Origin: Catajapyx aquilonaris
Lineage: Eukaryota
NCBI GenBank assembly: GCA_000934665.2
Contig: KZ538644.1
Location: 1-56,651 of the forward strand
DNA length: 56,651 nucleotides
Direction of reading: 5' to 3'
The position numbers and the translations under genes were made by a program. Under the pieces are notes generated by a model. It made no database searches. It was not told where the DNA came from and was given only the letters and a program-made list of their open reading frames with translations. Positions 50,323 to 56,651 of the stretch are shown here, one piece after another. Every line of letters begins with the position of its first letter. Position 1 is the first letter of the stretch.

Positions 50323-52769
50323 AGAGGCACCCTGGTTGCTTCCTACGACTGAGACCTGGCGAGGAATTGAACATTTTTTTTTGCAAGTAAAGTAGTCATT
50401 ATGCAGTATAGTAGGAGGCAACGCTAGTTTCCTGCACACTTAACACTTTTAAGAGTATATTGGAGACTTATTGAATGCATTGTACTGTATGACATTACAG
50501 CAAATTGTTGATTGCATATTATTATGCACAGGCCAAAGCGGCATACCTTTACCACATAATATTGTGTTTCATATTCAACCAAAAAAGGCTGATGACGTTG
50601 CACGATTTTAATTGTTCGCATCATTATGTCAGATCATCATTGTTCTTTGTGACGTCAGAATTATTGTCCGCTTCAATCAACAATTTTTGTAATCATCACA
50701 TTTCCATGACCACCTGCAACAATCAAATCACAGGCGGAGAAGTAGTATTGTGACTTTCATCGGGTGGTTGGCATGTGATCCAGAAAACAAAGATTTTATT
50801 GCTAATTAAGTTGGCTTAATTGAGTGTCATTTCTGTCCCATGCAATATGGTCATTAAATATAAACTGGCTGTGTCATCGGGATCTTCATTCCGTTGCATT
50901 CGTGTACAATAATGAAGCTGCAATGACCCTATATTGAACTACAGTCCCCATCCCCAACCCCAGTCAGCTCATAGACCTAAAAGCAATATTTAAGTACAGT
51001 TTATGTTAAGCCTTCCTACACCTGCCAAGGGCATATAACCACTCTCCAATGCCAATCATGTCATACGTGGTCAAAAATCACTAAGAAGTGACACAGTTAA
51101 TTATTGTGACTTCTTACCTTGCTGATTAGTTGAGGTGTCGTGTATTTGGGGGGATGAGACTGTCAAATCTACCAAATCTGGCGGACAACCACAAACTTGC
51201 GACTTTCTTGTTTCAGCTCTAATGACAAACTGTCTCTAACCGATACATATTATCGCCTGATAAACAAACTAATATATTGTAGCCAGTTACTTGGACACCT
51301 TGTTGCTATAATAGCTATGCAATGTAGCCACCTGAATCGATTATGTTCGTAAGTGTGGTCTGTGGTGAGTGGTGTCACAATAATAGCCAATTTAATGGTG
51401 ATACATTAATTTTGTGATGTCACATTGGTGGCTTTAGAGTTATGTGGTGTATTAGTGCAATACGCAATTTTGTCAGGCAAATGAGGGGAAAATTATAATT
51501 ATAAACATGGTGCCACTCAGTACATAATATTATTCTGAATATATATACTTGGGGTAGGATACATCCGTTTTACATTAAACCAGCCATTGCTTGCTGACGG
51601 CGCAAGATTTTAACTGTTTGTTTCATTGTTGGTATTGTTAAAGGTCATCGTTGCCCTTTGTGACGTCAGTATCATTGTCTGGCTGATGAAATAATTATTG
51701 TAGCCTACTGTACATTATTTAAGTGAAGAAGTCCCTGGATATTAATATTGCATAAATGTATAATAGTGTATATTGTTGTGTCAACTAACGAGGACCATAA
51801 TTCCAAGATTGTCAGCAGAATGTTGACACTCTGTTGTGCTCGTTCAGTATTGTCATATGAGCTGCGTTATAGCATTGCTACAGTTACCGTTATTTTTTTT
51901 GGCGCACATTGTTGCATGATTCTGGATTGAAACACAAATGAAAAATAAATGGTTTCAAAATAAAGTTGTCAAGCCATAGTTCTCGTCCCCAACCCCTGTG
52001 TCCGAATGAAGAGAAATATTTAAATTGCCTTCTCACACTGTACATGCATCTGCAATTCAAGAGATACAGTTTGTGGATTGAATTATTTATTTAAACTGAC
52101 GTGCTAGCACCCCCCCCCCCAACAGTATTGCAAATAATACTATTTCCTATGGAATGAAGGACATGATGGCAAAGATTGCACCTGAACTGATCTTAATGAG
52201 TATAGCATGGGTAGTGGTGATGGTGAGGGGGGCGGATGGACATATTAATTATTTGAACACCTTACCTTGGCGGTTTGAGGTAAATGGAGCTCTAGAAAAG
52301 ACAAATCTCTTGTTAGGCGCACTTGCAGACCTGGCAGACAGCGAAATTAAGACATCTGAGAGGACCACTGAATTGACGCGACCAATCAAGCCAGTAACCA
52401 CAATCGACTAACTATTATTTATCAAAACCCATAACAACTATTGTTGCAGCTAGTTGCTAGCCACATGATATAATATAACCTCTACTTTCAACTATAGGTT
52501 CAGCATTCTGAAATTATAACAACAGCAACAAATTATTATTAAGCATGTAGACTGCTGTATATTAATCTTAAATACGTTAGTACCTAATAATATTTTATTG
52601 TCTAAAACTCTAAATAGCTGCATGCATTGTTTGGAGTGGTTAGTATGAGCCTGGAACTTCATTAGTTGACACAAATGATGGCTGATCAAATAAAAATTTG
52701 CAAACGCAATCGGGATAGTCTAACCCCAAGAGCACACATATCTATACTGCAGCAACATGTGTACATATG

Positions 52770-52961
52770 GCATGTGTTTACATGCACCAATGGTTATCAC
52801 TGAAAATCATAAAAATCAAGGTAAATGACATTTTGAACTTTCTCGGATGAATCTTCAGGATGATAAGCTCGGTTATTATCTATAGAGTCGGTTTCATTAT
52901 AAATAGGGACATTTCTGACTAGACCTGTCAGTGGAAGTAACAACACACGAAGGAAAAGTCA
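52770..52961 (+). promoter_or_regulatory. TATA/GATA promoter of the luciferase-like gene, conserved in the paralog at 56039-56200
   Basis: Shared CATGTGTTTACA..CAATGGTTATCACTG..ATCAAGGTA..TGACA, TGATAAGC and TTATAAATAGGG blocks. Confidence 0.7.
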
Positions 52962-55722
52962 ATGGCTTCATTAATTTCCACCATGGAAATTCAGGGTCCT
53001 TATCCGGAAGTGATTCCAGCTCCCGAGATCTCAGCATCTGAATTCATCCTGAACAACGTCGCCAAAGTACTGAACTCATCGGGAGATAAAGTGTTGGTGG
53101 TAAGTCTCATTTTTAGAGAGACGTTAAGTGTCACGGTACTGAAACGCCATGAATATTATTCAATTTATTAATTATTTTTATAATGTAACAATGCACTACA
53201 CTACTTCATAACGCTACTTTGAATCCAATTTTCCCTTGTTATTTGAATGTACAGTACTTCATATGATAATTATTATTTTGCTAAACCTGTTATTATGGTA
53301 CTCAAATTAAAACTGGATTGAACCTCTAATACTGATACCAGCTGTAGTGAGGTCATACAGACGTCAATGCTTCATCAGCAACCTCTGCATGATATTGCCA
53401 AGATTAATCTTGATATGGTTTACATTGTTTACACAAGAAATCTTTCTTACTTTTTATGCCTTACAGAGAGACCTTTGCACTGGAGACACACTTCGATACT
53501 CTGAAGTTGAGCCTCTGTCCAGGAGTGTGGGAAGTGCTTTGATCAAATGGGGGTTCAAACCACAGGACACGCTGATTTATGTCACGAGCAACTGCTGCAA
53601 GATATACCCGATCTTGTTCGGGGTATGGAGGCTCAACGGGATCATACGACCTTCTTACCCAGAAGACACCCAAGGTAATGTTCATTAATATTTCTGTCTG
53701 TGAATACTTCATCATCGACTGCAATCATTTCAGAGACTCTGAAGCAGCGAATGACCGAGTCTGAGTGTCGATTCGTCCTTTGCGAGGCCTCCACTGCTCC
53801 TTCTGTCCTGTCCGTCTGTGGTCAGCTGGACTGGACAGTGCACGTCTTCTGCTTCGATGTCGTGAAGGACTGTTTGCACGTTGATGTTCTGTTTGAAGAT
53901 GACGGAGCAGGTGCTTGGCACTAGATCACTTCATATGGAATTCATTCCCAAATAATGTTTCACGTCCTCTCTTTATATAGCCCTTCCCGAGAAAGTCACC
54001 TACGATCAAGACGATATTGTGGCCGTGTTGTGTACCGGCGGAACCACAGGACCGAGCAAAGGGGCTGTGTTCACACACCGACGGTTCATGTCTTGCATGG
54101 CATTAGACAGATGGACGTAAGTGACATAGTTATCAATTCACATCCATAGATTTTCAACAACCATACCCTACATGTCTTAACAGTTACGCCAAGATAACGA
54201 ACGGAAAACGATTGGGCACAATATGCGTGTTTCACATGGGAGGGGTACTAGCGGTACCTCAAATGTCAGCAAGAGGTGTTGAGATTCTCCTGATGTCAAA
54301 AAGCAGTCCTGAGGTATTTCTTCGAGGCATACATGAGCATAGAGTAAGTCCATAAGATTAGTGACAGGTGTCGTTTTATTTGATGTTTCTGTACAACATG
54401 CATTGATGATAATACCGCAGCAGTCTGTACTTTTTGTAGCACTTATTATTTATAAACCTTACTTTTTGAACAGCCAAGTGCAGTAAGCGGTTTCCCTACC
54501 TCGATGCTTTGGGCTTCGTCTCACCCAACTGCAAAAAATTATGATTTAACTTCTGTCAAAACCGTATCAACTGGAGGTTCCACAGTCACAGAGGCCATTA
54601 TGGACGCCGTGAGGTCAGGATTTCCACGATTGGAGGGGATCCAGAGGGTACGTCTCATATTATGGACTGCACAGAACACTGCAATCAATCAGTAAATATT
54701 GCAGCTTTATGGTCTCACAGAATCCTATCTGGCATGTACTACCTATGATTTCGGAGTGAAAACTAATGACAACGAAGAGACACCCGAATATCCAGGTCTG
54801 TGTGCACCGTTTCAGCCAGTCATTTCCACAATTTTAAAAATGTTAAAAATGTCCACCATTTCAGGTACTCCCAAAAATAGCTGCGGGAAGTTGTTACCAG
54901 GATTTAGACTGAAGGTACGTTCCATAACAGTGAAAGGGAAATTGCGGGAAATGGTCTTTCCACAACCTGATTTTATTTCAGATAGCTGATGTCATTACGG
55001 GAGAAATTTTGGGAGCCAACATCCCCGGAGAATTATTACTGAAAGGACCAACAATCATGCCATATTATTACAAAAACCCGGAGGTAATTTATCTCAGATA
55101 TTGATAAACAAGCCTAATACATATGGGATATTTCATATTTCAGGCCACAACTAACACGATTCGAGATGGTTGGGTCCACACAGGTGATTATGGCTATTAC
55201 GATGAAAATGGATTTATTTGCGTTTTGGATCGAATCAAGGAGAGTTTCAAGTATTGGAATTACCATGTAGGTGCCTCCTTGTACATAATTTTTATAGCAT
55301 CGGTTTCAGCCACAGTGTAGAGTATAATGATTGCTTTCATATGTTCAGATATCTCCAGTTGAATTGGAGGACGTGATAATGAAGCACCCGGAAGTGATCG
55401 AGGCCTGCGTGATCGGGATACCTGACCCTGAAGGTGGTGACAGCATACCAAGAGCATATGTCACCAAAGTGAAAGGGTCACACATGGACGAAGACACTCT
55501 GAAACACTACTTCCATAGTAATTCTCGAATGAGCACATGCTTTTGAATTTTCAGTCCACAAATACTCAGGAACAAATGCGTGTAATGTTCTTTTCAGGTC
55601 AAGTCCCGTCCTACAAGCAGCTAAGAGGAGGAGTGGTCTTCCTGGACAACATCCCCAAGTCACGGGCTGGGAAAATGTCACGTCCGATGATCCGGAAGAT
55701 GTTCCTGGAAGGGCTTTTGTAG
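52962..55722 (+). CDS. Firefly-luciferase/4-coumarate-CoA-ligase-like acyl-CoA synthetase; 12 exons: 52962-53099, 53467-53674, 53734-53910, 53981-54116, 54184-54343, 54474-54647, 54705-54795, 54865-54914, 54982-55083, 55144-55266, 55349-55517, 55598-55722
   Basis: ANL motifs: [12 protein letters not shown] (P-loop), [81 protein letters not shown]. Frame is continuous across GT-AG introns. Confidence 0.94.
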
Positions 55723-56270
55723 ATTATGTCTGCAGATTGTGCCAAACAAAGAAGAAAAGCAACTGCATATTAACCTGTGACTAGCTGGGTCGTAAAACGG
55801 AGCGCATGACACGAGTCACTTAATAATTTTCATAAATTCATGCTAATTGAAAATGCTGCTAATAAATAAATACAATTGCTCAACATCGGATGTTCATTAT
55901 CGACTCCATTCATAAAATGCAAGGTGGTCATAATGTCTCGACACATTTTTAATTGAATTGTATTGTTGGTTTTTGTAATAAGCTGCCCATTATTAAATTA
56001 ATAAATTACGCATGTTTAATGGAGCAACTTATGTAATACATGTGTTTACACGTACAATGGTTATCACTGTTAACCAGAAATATCAAGGTAGGTGACAGTT
56101 TGACATTTCTCTGATCAAGCGTCAGATTGATAAGCAACATCGTATCTTATCATAATCTGGAAACGGTCTCTTTATAAATAGGGCAATCTCTGCTAAGACA
56201 GTTCCATTGCAAGTCGATTCATCATCAAGCAAAAGAAAGGGGAAGGCATTTCTGCAATAGACTTCCCACC

Positions 56271-56387
56271 ATGGAAATTCAGGGTCCGTATCCGGAAGAG
56301 ATTCCTGCTGCTGAGATCTCAGCATCTGAATTTGTCCTGCAAAATGTCGCCAAACTACTAAACTCATCCGGAGATAAAGTGTTGGTG
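56271..56387 (+). CDS. First coding exon of a tandem luciferase-like paralog (continues beyond the window)
   Basis: [39 protein letters not shown] versus [39 protein letters not shown], with the same GTG|GTAAGT donor. Confidence 0.88.
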
Positions 56388-56651
56388 GTAAGTAGTTTTA
56401 AGAGCGAAGTTAATCAGTGTTACTGAAATAACTTTCGTGAAATTAGGGTTATGAAGTAACTGAAGGCTTATACACTATGCAACAAAGATCCAACTTAGCA
56501 GCATAGAACAGTACATCACAAACCACTAATATTATATAAGTTTTATAAAGTACAGTACATTATATGGTCACTACGAAAATTCAACTTTCACTAACTTGTT
56601 ATGTAGTACTATACTACCTAGGCCTAATCAATGAACTTGTTGTTACGGCCC

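Noticed and set aside
52154..52411. 85-aa plus-strand ORF with a hydrophobic start
   Set aside because: No homology or splice support; minus-strand splice signals fit a non-coding leader better.
54796..54864. Open reading through this 69-nt segment as coding sequence
   Set aside because: It has canonical GT-AG ends and its removal restores family spacing; treated as an intron, though retention would keep the frame.
52962..55722. Calling the enzyme a true luciferase
   Set aside because: The family is widespread in non-luminous arthropods, and the luciferin-site motifs are not firefly-like.

Overview
Eukaryotic, AT-rich, intron-containing invertebrate genomic DNA. Many introns of about 55-70 nt and the gene content point to an arthropod; the species cannot be determined. 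Genes were spliced by hand using GT-AG sites and frame continuity. Left to right: a broken C-type lectin paralog and an intact perlucin-like C-type lectin; a small secreted two-module Cys-rich protein; about 13 kb of repeats, MITEs and transposon relics; an uncharacterised protein with an AKAP-like helix; TYW3 head-to-head with alpha-endosulfine (endos/ENSA); a predicted GPI-anchored low-complexity protein; GLD2 poly(A) polymerase head-to-head with TAF7; an intronless SPOP-like MATH-BTB gene; an N gap; an unknown gene; a GTSF1/Asterix-like CHHC zinc-finger gene; and a tandem pair of luciferase/4CL-like acyl-CoA synthetases. No CRISPR array, rRNA, tRNA or prokaryotic system is visible, and I cannot demonstrate a wholly new biological system. 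The best leads are the orphan secreted, GPI-anchored and AKAP-like proteins, the luciferase-like enzymes with an altered P-loop, a Galileo-like MITE with a GTANTAC target duplication, CTCF-like motifs after each lectin copy, and a grouping of germline-associated genes. Coordinates were counted manually and may be off by a few bases.
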